64,000 bases of DNA, taken from positions 10,880 to 74,879 of the forward strand of contig JAGYOH010000015.1 of the NCBI GenBank assembly GCA_018399635.1, in the 5' to 3' direction. The DNA comes from Clostridia bacterium (GTDB lineage: Bacteria > Bacillota > Clostridia > Peptostreptococcales > Acidaminobacteraceae). Shown one piece after another: positions 54,052-62,067 of the stretch (position 1 is its first letter; every line of letters starts with the position of its first letter). The notes beneath the pieces are model-generated. The model saw only the letters and a list, made by a program, of their open reading frames with translations, ran no database searches and was not told where the DNA came from. Made by a program: the position numbers and the translations under genes.

Positions 54052-54620
54052 TCTTGATTACTCTCCTTTCGATGTCTGAAGCAGTCGACGACATGGTCAT
54101 CGACGATACCGACGGCCTGAAGATAACTGTAGGCGATCACCGGACCAAAGAAACCGGCCCCTCTTTTTTTCATGTCCGCACTGAACCGCCGACTGATTTG
54201 AGTCTGGGGGGGAATTTCTTGAGTCTTCCGGGGATGGTTGCGGATGATTCGGCCCTCTGTAAAGGTCAGCAGATAGTTTCTGAACCCCCCGAACTCCTGC
54301 TGGATTGCCAGAAAAATCCCGGCCATGGCAATGGACGCCTCGATCTTTCTCAAATTCCTGACAATGCCGGCATCCGCCATCAACCGCCTGACATCCTCCT
54401 GGTCAAAGGCACTGACCTGGCCGGGGTCGAAGCCCCGGTAAGCCCTTCGGTAGTTTTCTCTTTTTTTCAGGATGGTGAGCCAGCTCAGGCCCGCCTGGGC
54501 GGATTCCAGCACTAAAAATTCAAAATACCGGTTCTCATCCACCGGTTCTGTGCCCCACTCCTCATCATGATAGGCCATGTAAAGGGGGTCCTTCAGGCAC
54601 CACTCACAGCGATTTATCAT
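54048..54620 (-). CDS. tag: DNA-3-methyladenine glycosylase I
   Basis: MINRCEWCLKDPLYMAYHDEEWG...FEFLVLESAQAGLSWLTILKKRENYR. The ATG at 54620 is 8 nt after AAGAGGTGG. Confidence 0.92.
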   Translation of the reverse strand: MINRCEWCLKDPLYMAYHDEEWGTEPVDENRYFEFLVLESAQAGLSWLTILKKRENYRRAYRGFDPGQVSAFDQEDVRRLMADAGIVRNLRKIEASIAMAGIFLAIQQEFGGFRNYLLTFTEGRIIRNHPRKTQEIPPQTQISRRFSADMKKRGAGFFGPVIAYSYLQAVGIVDDHVVDCFRHRKESNQE

Positions 54621-54660
54621 AGCATCTGCCACCTCTTTCCTATTTTAACAGTTACGTTGA

Positions 54661-54669
54661 TGATATAAT
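54661..54669 (+). promoter_or_regulatory. extended -10 element TGaTATAAT upstream of the HpcH-type aldolase gene
   Basis: Read directly from the sequence, about 30 nt upstream of the AGGAGG SD. No clear -35. Confidence 0.4.
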
Positions 54670-54697
54670 AGAAAAAACAGACTAATAGGAGGCTTTT

Positions 54698-55459
54698 ATG
54701 AAAAGCACACTGAAAAAACGTCTCATGGCCGGAGAAGTGGCCATCGGCACCTTTGTCACCAACCCCTCCCCCGATCTGATTGAAATCATCGCCCTGGGGG
54801 GCTTTGATTTCGTGGTCATCGACGCCGAGCACGGGGACCTGGCCATTCACCAGACCAAGGATCTGATACGGGCCGCCGAGCTCCACGGCATGGGGGCCAT
54901 CACCCGGGTCACCGAGAACAGTCCCCCCCTCGTCACCAGGGCCCTCGATGTCGGTGCCCACGGCGTCCAGGTCCCCCAGGTCAACACGGTGGAGGACGCC
55001 CTCAGAGCCCTCAAGGGGGCCAAGTACTTCCCCCTGGGAGAAAGGGGCATCGCCATGCCGAGAAGCGCCGCCTACGGTGACAAGGACCCCATGGCCTACT
55101 TCAAGGAGGCCAATCGGGACACCCTGGTCAGCATCCACATCGAAAACCTGACGGGTTATGACCATCTCGAGGAAATCATTCAAATCGAGGGAATCGACGT
55201 CATTTTCCTGGGTCCCTTCGACATGTCCCAGTCCCTGGGGACCCCGGGTGACATGACCAACCCCCGGCTGCAGGAAATCTCCGAAGGCATCGTGGCCCTC
55301 TGTCAGAAGTACGGCAAGATCGCCGGCACCTTCGTCACCTCGGCGGAGGCCGCCAACAAGAAAATCGACGAAGGCTACCGCTTCATCGGTCTTCACGTCT
55401 TTGACACCTTCATCCTGAAAGCCTCTCAAAGGGAAACAGCCCTCATCAAAAAAGTCTGA
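54698..55459 (+). CDS. HpcH/HpaI-family aldolase (2-keto-3-deoxy-acid aldolase)
   Basis: 253 aa. ...GTFVTNPSPDLIEIIALGGFDFVVIDAEHG...RV......V.RALDVGAHGVQVPQVNT.EDA. Confidence 0.9.
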   Translation: MKSTLKKRLMAGEVAIGTFVTNPSPDLIEIIALGGFDFVVIDAEHGDLAIHQTKDLIRAAELHGMGAITRVTENSPPLVTRALDVGAHGVQVPQVNTVEDALRALKGAKYFPLGERGIAMPRSAAYGDKDPMAYFKEANRDTLVSIHIENLTGYDHLEEIIQIEGIDVIFLGPFDMSQSLGTPGDMTNPRLQEISEGIVALCQKYGKIAGTFVTSAEAANKKIDEGYRFIGLHVFDTFILKASQRETALIKKV

Positions 55460-55484
55460 TTATCAAGGAAACCTCCTCCTAAAA

Positions 55485-55514
55485 AAGCCCTTCCGAGAAT
55501 TTTCGGAAGGGCTT
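55485..55514 (-). terminator. intrinsic terminator after the aldolase/dehydrogenase operon
   Basis: AAGCCCTTCCGA-(6 nt)-TCGGAAGGGCTT, a perfect 12-bp stem. The minus strand is followed by a T6 run. Confidence 0.7.
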
Positions 55515-55566
55515 GAACAGGTCTCCTCGAAAGTTGCAAAAGGAGATTCCTTATAGGGGGGACGCT

Positions 55567-56589
55567 TCAGATCTTGCCCTGGTCTCTGGCAAGGTTGTGG
55601 GCCACTTCAATGATCCAGTCTTCCTGGCCGCCTACGGCCTTTCTCTTGCCCAGTTCAATGATGATGTCCCGGGTATCCACGCCGAAGCGTTCAGAGGCCC
55701 TTTTGGCGTGGAGCATGAAACTGGAGTACACACCGGCATATCCGATGATGAGTGAGTCTGAGTTGAATCGCGGCAATTCGGAGCCTCTGGCCTCGACAAT
55801 GGGCTTGAGCACCTTGTCGCCGGCATCGATGATCTTGTACAAATCCACATTGGTGGGAACGCCGCTCTTGTCCAGGGCGGCGGCAAGCATTTCCGTGGGG
55901 GTGTTGCCCGCTCCCGCACCAAAGCCAATCAGAGACCCGTCCAGGTAGTCCGCACCCGCCTCATAGGCCTTCAAACTGTTGGCCACGGCCACCCCGAGAT
56001 TGTTGTGGGAGTGATGGCCGATGGGGATGTCCAGATTGGCCTTGAGGTAACTGATTTTTTCAAAAACTTCATTGGGCAGCATGGCTCCGGAAGAATCCGT
56101 CATATAGACCACGTCAGCCCCGTAGGAGGCCATTTTTTTCGCCTCTTCGAGGATGACCTCCTTCGAGGCCATATGGGCCATCATCAAGAAACCCACCGTA
56201 AACATCCCCATTGCTTTCGCCGCCTTGATATGCTGCTCCGCCACATCCGCTTCAGTGACATGGGTGGCCACCCGGACGATCTGCGCCCCGAGGGCCTGGG
56301 CCTTCTCTAAATGTTCAATGAGGCCGATTCCGGGAATCAGCAGCACCGCCAGCCTGGACTTCGTCAGCACCGAGGCCACGGCTTCGATGTATTCAAAGTC
56401 GGTATGAAGGCCGAAACCGTAATTGATGGAACTGCCGGTGAGTCCGTCTCCATGGCCGATTTCAATGATATCCACACCGGCATCCTCGAGGGCCCTGGCC
56501 ACGGACTTCATCTCCTCCAAGGTGAACTTATGGGAGACCGAATGGCTGCCGTCTCTCAAGGTGGTATCGGTCATGATCACCCTTCTCAT
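55567..56589 (-). CDS. mhpE: 4-hydroxy-2-oxovalerate aldolase (DmpG/MhpE/BphI type)
   Basis: 340 aa. [10 protein letters not shown]..., HSHNNLG. ATGA overlap with the dehydrogenase gene, as in dmpFG/mhpFE pairs. Confidence 0.93.
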   Translation of the reverse strand: MRRVIMTDTTLRDGSHSVSHKFTLEEMKSVARALEDAGVDIIEIGHGDGLTGSSINYGFGLHTDFEYIEAVASVLTKSRLAVLLIPGIGLIEHLEKAQALGAQIVRVATHVTEADVAEQHIKAAKAMGMFTVGFLMMAHMASKEVILEEAKKMASYGADVVYMTDSSGAMLPNEVFEKISYLKANLDIPIGHHSHNNLGVAVANSLKAYEAGADYLDGSLIGFGAGAGNTPTEMLAAALDKSGVPTNVDLYKIIDAGDKVLKPIVEARGSELPRFNSDSLIIGYAGVYSSFMLHAKRASERFGVDTRDIIIELGKRKAVGGQEDWIIEVAHNLARDQGKI

Positions 56590-57461
56590 GATTTCACCCC
56601 CAATAATTTTTTAGCATATTTTTCTGCGACGGCGACCGCCGCGCTGTTGATGATATCGAGATTTCCCGCATAAATCGGCAGATAATCCCCCAGGCCCTCC
56701 ACTTGGATCATCACGGTAACGATGTCGTCCTTGATGATGGGCTCCAGCAGATAGGTGTAGCCCGGCACATATTCCTTGATTTTTTCCAGCATGGCATCCA
56801 CAGAGGCGCGAATCTTTTCAATGTCCGGATTTTTGACCTTGGCATAAATGGTATTGCGCATGAAAATCGGAGGTTCGGCAGGGTTGAGCACGATGATGAC
56901 CTTGGCTTTGTCTGCTCCTCCCACCTTCTCCAGGGCCATTCTTGTGGTCTCGGTGAACTCATCAATGTTCTGGCGGGTTCCCGGACCGGCGCTTTTGGAA
57001 CTGACCGAGGAGATGACCTCGGCGTATGCCACGTCCGCCGCCTCGTTGATGGCGGCCACGATGGGAACCGTGGCCTGTCCGCCACAGGTGACCATGTTGA
57101 GGTTGTCCTCCTGGTCTATCAGCCTGTCGCTGAGATTGACAGCCGGTACCACATAGGGGCCGATGGCCGCCGGGGTCAGGTCCAGGGTGAAAATCCCCTT
57201 TTCCTTGAGCATGGGCGCATGGAGGGCGTGGGGTCTGGCCCCGGTGGAATCAAAACAGATCTGGATTCCCTCCCGCTTCATCAAGTCATCGATTCCGTTG
57301 ACCGTAGCCTCGATGCCCCGTTCTCTCGCAATGGCGATGCCCTTGGACTCCTGTCTTCCTACTACGTAATCGACTTCGATATAGTCACTTCTGCTCAGTT
57401 TGATGAGCAGGTCCGTCCCGATATTTCCGGGCCCGATGATTGCCGCTTTTATTTTTTCCAT
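56586..57461 (-). CDS. mhpF: acetaldehyde dehydrogenase (acetylating) (DmpF/MhpF/BphJ type)
   Basis: 291 aa. [18 protein letters not shown]..., [10 protein letters not shown] (catalytic Cys). Confidence 0.93.
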   Translation of the reverse strand: MEKIKAAIIGPGNIGTDLLIKLSRSDYIEVDYVVGRQESKGIAIARERGIEATVNGIDDLMKREGIQICFDSTGARPHALHAPMLKEKGIFTLDLTPAAIGPYVVPAVNLSDRLIDQEDNLNMVTCGGQATVPIVAAINEAADVAYAEVISSVSSKSAGPGTRQNIDEFTETTRMALEKVGGADKAKVIIVLNPAEPPIFMRNTIYAKVKNPDIEKIRASVDAMLEKIKEYVPGYTYLLEPIIKDDIVTVMIQVEGLGDYLPIYAGNLDIINSAAVAVAEKYAKKLLGVKS

Positions 57462-57497
57462 ATGTTTTCACCTTTTTCTCGTAATGATGGCTGCAGA

Positions 57498-58268
57498 TCA
57501 GATGAATTTCACCTCAACCGTGCCAAGTTCAGTAAAGTCAGCTCTGAAGCGGTCTCCCGCTTCAGCGGTGATGGCCGCAGAAAGCGCCCCGGACAGAATG
57601 ACCTCATCCTTTTTCAGGGCCACACCGAATTCACTCATCTTGTTGGCCAGCCAGGCCACACAATAAGCCGGATCTCCAAGAGCGGCATCGCCTCTGCCTG
57701 CATTGACGAATTCGCCATTTTTGTACAAGGACATCTCGATTTTCTTCAAATCGATATCCCCAGGCTTCACCTGCTTGTCGCCAAGCAGAAAAAGTCCCGA
57801 GGAGGCGTTGTCGGATACCGTATCGATGAGTCCGATTTTCCAGTCCCGAATCCGACTGTCAACGATTTCAAAAGAGGCCAGAACATGGTCAGTCGCCTTC
57901 ATCACGTCCGCCACCGTCACTCCGGGACCCATCAAATCCTCCTTCAAAACGAAGGCGATTTCCGCCTCCACCTTGGGCTGCAGCAGGGCACTGCGGCGGA
58001 TCACACCGCCTTCGATCCGCATGTCGTCGAACAGGTGGCCATAGTCAGGCTGGTCCACTCCGAGCATGGTCTGCATCGCCAGCGAAGTCAGTCCGATTTT
58101 TTTCCCGATGATGCGTTTTCCTTCCTCAAGCTGTCGATTGACATTGTTGAGTTGAATCCCGTAGGCATCCTCCAGGGTGAGGGATTCCCCCATGACGATT
58201 ACCGGTTCCACTGCCACCTTCGTGTGTTGCGCTTCATACAGTTTTTCGCTGATTGTTTTCAAATCCAT
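57498..58268 (-). CDS. 2-keto-4-pentenoate hydratase / 2-oxohept-3-enedioate hydratase family
   Basis: About 256 aa. ...IGKKIGLTS...MQ..LGVDQPDYG.LFD...EAEIAFVL..DL... The ATG at 58268 follows AAAAGGGGTG; the track start at 58286 is TTG. Confidence 0.9.
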   Translation of the reverse strand: MDLKTISEKLYEAQHTKVAVEPVIVMGESLTLEDAYGIQLNNVNRQLEEGKRIIGKKIGLTSLAMQTMLGVDQPDYGHLFDDMRIEGGVIRRSALLQPKVEAEIAFVLKEDLMGPGVTVADVMKATDHVLASFEIVDSRIRDWKIGLIDTVSDNASSGLFLLGDKQVKPGDIDLKKIEMSLYKNGEFVNAGRGDAALGDPAYCVAWLANKMSEFGVALKKDEVILSGALSAAITAEAGDRFRADFTELGTVEVKFI

Positions 58269-58325
58269 TGCGACACCCCTTTTCAAATTTCCTCTCCCCT
58301 GACCGGGTTCACCAATTTTTTCATC

Positions 58326-58343
58326 ATTGCCAAATATCGTTCT
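58326..58343. promoter_or_regulatory. recurrent 18-nt motif, copy A (ATTGCCAAATATCGTTCT)
   Basis: One of four near-identical copies (see 63142, 63187, 63267). It overlaps the spacer/-10 region downstream of a TTGACA (58343-58348, minus strand) upstream of the hydratase operon. Confidence 0.5.
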
Positions 58344-58360
58344 GTCAAATATCCCTCAAA

Positions 58361-58380
58361 TTGCAGACTATTGTCTGCAA
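58361..58380. promoter_or_regulatory. perfect 20-bp palindrome TTGCAGAC-TATT-GTCTGCAA
   Basis: Read directly from the sequence. It lies 3 nt after the IclR stop codon and about 90 nt upstream of the hydratase start. It could be a weak terminator or an operator. Confidence 0.45.
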
Positions 58381-58383
58381 TTT

Positions 58384-59148
58384 TTATCTTAGATAACCGA
58401 TGCGTTTTGATATTTCCAGAGCCGCATCCTTCATTTTCAGGCTCAGCATGGCCATGCGCTCATCGTCCATCCGATCCACGGGACCGGAAACACTGATGGA
58501 GTATTCCACCTTGTTTTCATGGTTGAAAATCGGCGCCCCCACGCAGTTGAGACCGATCACGTTTTCTTCAAGGTCCAGGGCGTAACCCCTTTCCCTGACC
58601 AGTCTGAGCTCCTCAAGGATTTCACGGGGATCGTTTTTCGTGTGTGCCGTATGTTTTTCAGGCGTCCGGGGAATGTGATTCTCCAGGACTTCAAGGGGTT
58701 TGTAGGCGAGAATCGACTTGCCGATCGCCGTACAATAGGCATGATATCTCGTGCCGATGGTGGTGAACATCCTCAGGGACTGGTTGGATTCAACCTTGTC
58801 GATATAGATGATTTCCTTGCCTTCCAGAACCCCCAGATGGATGGTCTCATTGACCTCCTCACAGAGTGCCAGGAGGACCGGTTTCGCCACTTCTCTGATG
58901 TCGATGTTCTTCAGCACCAGACTCCCCAGCTCCACCAGTTTGAGACCCAGCCGGTATTTCTGATTTTCCTTGTTTTGATCGATGAGACCCGCATCCTTCA
59001 TGGTGGTGATGATCCCGTGAAGGGTGCTCTTGTTGATGTCGAGATGCTCTGCGATTTCCGTGAGCTTGAGTTCGGAATTTCTGTCTGAAAAGCAGTTCAA
59101 AACCTTGACCGCACGCTCAATTGATTGGACTCTACCAAAATTTCCCAT
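58384..59148 (-). CDS. IclR-family transcriptional regulator
   Basis: 254 aa. N-terminal wHTH ...VQSIERAVKVLNCF......LKLTEIAEHLDINKSTLHGII.TM plus an IclR effector domain. Confidence 0.92.
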   Translation of the reverse strand: MGNFGRVQSIERAVKVLNCFSDRNSELKLTEIAEHLDINKSTLHGIITTMKDAGLIDQNKENQKYRLGLKLVELGSLVLKNIDIREVAKPVLLALCEEVNETIHLGVLEGKEIIYIDKVESNQSLRMFTTIGTRYHAYCTAIGKSILAYKPLEVLENHIPRTPEKHTAHTKNDPREILEELRLVRERGYALDLEENVIGLNCVGAPIFNHENKVEYSISVSGPVDRMDDERMAMLSLKMKDAALEISKRIGYLR

Positions 59149-59171
59149 TGAAGTACCTCTTTTTTATTTTA

Positions 59172-59199
59172 ATTCTATCACAAACAGAGCCAATCACAA
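59172..59199 (-). promoter_or_regulatory. promoter for the IclR gene
   Basis: Minus strand TTGTGA-16 nt-TAGAAT with an extended TG (TGaTAGAAT), about 24 nt upstream of the ATG. Confidence 0.5.
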
Positions 59200-59309
59200 G
59201 TTCATACTTCAACCGCCGGCAAAAGTCAGTGGACTCTCCTTGCCATCGTGACCTTCATTCCCCGGACTCCGAATGAGTGTCCGAAGAACCGCACCCGCCG
59301 ACGCTTCGG

Positions 59310-59341
59310 CCGGTGGCCAATGGCGGCACCGGTTTTTTTTT
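59310..59341 (+). terminator. strong plus-strand-oriented intrinsic terminator with no plus-strand gene
   Basis: CCGGTGGCC-aat-GGCggCACCGG followed by T9 on the plus strand only. Confidence 0.6.
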
Positions 59342-59370
59342 ACAGGGAAGTCCCCCCCGCTGCAGACAGG

Positions 59371-60189
59371 CTAGGCCAAGAACTCATCAACGATCTTGTT
59401 GAAGGGCTTGTTCTGCTCAATCTGGGTCCAGTGACCGCAGTGACCGAAGACGTGGAGTTGAGAATTGCTGATTTTAGATAACAGTTTGAGGGAGGTTTCC
59501 ATGGGAATGACCACATCATCCCGCCCGTGGATGATCAGGGTGTCATGGTCGATCCGCTCAAGGTCCTCGTCTTTTTGAGCCATGAAGGCCACCCACTGCT
59601 GACGGGGCGCCGGGAACATGGAAGAGAAGGATTCCTGGAATCCCGGTTCAACACTGGCATCGTATCGCATTTTTGCCAGATCGTCGGTGACGATGTCCTT
59701 GTTGGAGACAAAAAGACTCAGCATGCGTTTCATGTTCTCCACCGACGGCTCGTAACCCCAGACATCGTCGAGTCCCTGGGTGATTTCGAAATCAACTCCC
59801 ATGGAACCCATGAGAACCAGTTTTCTGACGCGCTCAGGATAGTTGATGGCCATGGCCAGGGCCAGGGCGCCACCAAAGGAATTGCCGACGATATCCGCTT
59901 TGTCAATCGCCATGGCGTCCATGAAATCCACGGTCTGCTTCACCCAGGTGTGCATGTCCAGGGTAAGCCCTTCGGGTCGGTCCGTATAACCGAAACCCAC
60001 CATGTCCGGGGCCAGCACTCTTCTTTTTTGAGCCAGTTCCGGAATCACCAGCCGCCAGTTGGCCCAGGCGGTGACACCGGGTCCCGAACCATGAATCAAG
60101 AGTACGGGAAAACCCTCTCCTTCGTCATGGTAGTTGGTGTGGTAATGACCGGTTTTGATGGTTTTTGCAATTTCTGGTTTTGTCGTCAT
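59371..60189 (-). CDS. alpha/beta hydrolase, meta-cleavage-product (C-C bond) hydrolase type (MhpC/BphD-like)
   Basis: ...LLIHGSGPGVTAWANWRLVIPELA...RVLAPDMVGFGYTD..., nucleophile elbow GNSFGG, C-terminal ...GHCGHWTQIEQ. The ATG at 60189 is 5 nt after AAGGAGG and 17 nt after the dctM stop. Confidence 0.88.
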   Translation of the reverse strand: MTTKPEIAKTIKTGHYHTNYHDEGEGFPVLLIHGSGPGVTAWANWRLVIPELAQKRRVLAPDMVGFGYTDRPEGLTLDMHTWVKQTVDFMDAMAIDKADIVGNSFGGALALAMAINYPERVRKLVLMGSMGVDFEITQGLDDVWGYEPSVENMKRMLSLFVSNKDIVTDDLAKMRYDASVEPGFQESFSSMFPAPRQQWVAFMAQKDEDLERIDHDTLIIHGRDDVVIPMETSLKLLSKISNSQLHVFGHCGHWTQIEQNKPFNKIVDEFLA

Positions 60190-60206
60190 ACTGTCCTCCT
60201 TAAATT

Positions 60207-61517
60207 CTAAACGATCCACATGACCGTCTGGGGTATGAAAGTGATAATCATCAAGGCAGCGATCAAGGCAATCAAAAAGGGAACGGTTTCCCTGGTGATG
60301 TCCTGGATTCCCACATCAAAGACCCTGGCGGAAGTGAAGAGGGTGATGCCGAAGGGAGGGGTCATCATGCCGATGGCCAGGTTGGTGGCCAGGATGATGC
60401 CGAAGTGGACCGGATCCACCCCCAGTGTCAAGGCGATGGGCAGGGCGATGGGTACCAGGATATACTGGATTGACGCGGATTCCATGAACATGCCGGCAAT
60501 CAACACCACGATATTCAAGGCCAGAAGGATGAGAATCCTGCTGTCGGTGAGGTCCAGTACTGAAGCCAGTATGGTCTGGGGAATCTTGACATAGACCATG
60601 ACCCAGGTGAAGAGAGCCGCCGACGCCATGATGATCATGATGGCCGCCGTTGATAAGGCCGAACCTAGAAAAATGCCAGGCAGGTCCCGCCATTTCATTT
60701 CCCTGTAGATATAGATGCCGATAAAAACCGAGTAGACCACTGCGATGACGGCAGATTCCGTCGGAGTAAAGATCCCGGCAAAGACACCCCCCACGATGAT
60801 GACCGGCGTACCCAGGGCCCACAGTGAATCGACCACATATTTGAGTCCCCTCAGCTTGCTTTCTTCCAGGGCTTCGACATTGCCCTCCAGCACGACTTGG
60901 CCGCTTTCAATCAAGGCCTGCTGTGCTTTGTAATTTCTTTTTTTGGCAATCAGAACCGTGGGAATCACCAGGGCGGCGCCGACGATGAATCCGGCCGGCA
61001 GGCCCACCTTGTAAAGATCCGCCACAGACACCTTGGCCAGGACGGCATAGATGATGAAGGCGATGCTTGGCGGAATGATGATGCCGATGGGACTTGAAGC
61101 GGCTATGACCGTCGCACTGAAACCTTTTGAATAGCCGGCTCTGAGCATCCCGGCCGTCATGACACTGCCGATGGCGGCGGCGGTGGCAATGGCGCTTCCT
61201 GATATGGCTGCAAAAAACATGCTGGCGATGATGGCCACCACCCCCATGCCTCCATGAATATTCCCCACCATGATCCTGGCCATGTTGACGATTCTCTTGG
61301 CGATTCCGCCCCGGTTCATCAAATCCCCGGCAAGGATGAAAAAGGGAACAGCCAGCAGGGCGGCTGAATCAATGCCGGCGAAAAGCTTCTGGATGACCAC
61401 GACGGTCTTGATGTCATTGGCGAACATGAAAATCAGAGAGGACAACCCCAGGGCCACGACGATGGGGGCCCCGATGACCAGCAGTCCCAAAGCGCTTGTG
61501 AATAGCAGAGCTCCCAT
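60207..61517 (-). CDS. dctM: TRAP transporter large permease subunit
   Basis: 436 aa, a polytopic DctM-type sequence. Confidence 0.93.
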   Translation of the reverse strand: MGALLFTSALGLLVIGAPIVVALGLSSLIFMFANDIKTVVVIQKLFAGIDSAALLAVPFFILAGDLMNRGGIAKRIVNMARIMVGNIHGGMGVVAIIASMFFAAISGSAIATAAAIGSVMTAGMLRAGYSKGFSATVIAASSPIGIIIPPSIAFIIYAVLAKVSVADLYKVGLPAGFIVGAALVIPTVLIAKKRNYKAQQALIESGQVVLEGNVEALEESKLRGLKYVVDSLWALGTPVIIVGGVFAGIFTPTESAVIAVVYSVFIGIYIYREMKWRDLPGIFLGSALSTAAIMIIMASAALFTWVMVYVKIPQTILASVLDLTDSRILILLALNIVVLIAGMFMESASIQYILVPIALPIALTLGVDPVHFGIILATNLAIGMMTPPFGITLFTSARVFDVGIQDITRETVPFLIALIAALMIITFIPQTVMWIV

Positions 61518-62000
61518 TTATACCGCCTCCCGATCGAAAATGACATTGAGAATGAAAACCAGGGTCTGAAACACCAGAATCGTAAAGGCCACGGGGAAAA
61601 TCCCGTAGACCAGGTACATGGGCATCCGCATGTTGGTGGAGACCTGGGTCCCCGCCAGGGCCATCATGTCAAAGCCGATGAAGATGGTGATTCCAAAAAA
61701 TGTCGCTGTGAGCAACTGCTGCAAAATGATGAGCCATTTTTTCAATTTCGGTGAAATCATCACCTCCATGGCGCTGACGTTGATATGCTTGTTCTTTCTG
61801 GCGAGCACCGCAGAGCCCACCATGACCAGGGCGATATTGGTATATCGTGTCAGTTCCTCGGTCCAGTGGATGCCTGACTGAAACACATACCTTAGAACCA
61901 CTTGGGCAAAATAGGTCACACTCATCAAGGCGAAGGCGAAGACTAGAAACCAACCGCTGACCTTGGTGACGCCATCACTGATTTTGTTCAAAGTGTCCAT
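61518..62000 (-). CDS. dctQ: TRAP transporter small permease subunit
   Basis: The ATG at 62000 gives MDTLNKISDGVTKVSGWFLVFAFALMSVTYFAQVVLRYVF...W.EEL.RY, a 4-TM DctQ pattern. The track's 56-aa extension overlaps dctP. Confidence 0.85.
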   Translation of the reverse strand: MDTLNKISDGVTKVSGWFLVFAFALMSVTYFAQVVLRYVFQSGIHWTEELTRYTNIALVMVGSAVLARKNKHINVSAMEVMISPKLKKWLIILQQLLTATFFGITIFIGFDMMALAGTQVSTNMRMPMYLVYGIFPVAFTILVFQTLVFILNVIFDREAV

Positions 62001-62067
62001 AAATAATCTCCTTTTACACATTATGAGATTAAAAGGGGTGAAATCACCCCTTTCATCTGTCTGCCCC

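Noticed and set aside
53288-54100. 270-aa minus-strand ORF overlapping tauE in another frame
   Set aside because: It is an alternative frame of the TauE gene and is Gly/His/Pro/Arg-rich. The TauE frame gives a clean 7-8-TM protein with the family motif.
56703-58496. 597-aa plus-strand ORF, the longest unexplained ORF in the track
   Set aside because: It runs antisense across three well-supported minus-strand genes (acetaldehyde dehydrogenase, the hydratase and the end of iclR) and their intergenic regions. It has low-complexity composition and no motifs.
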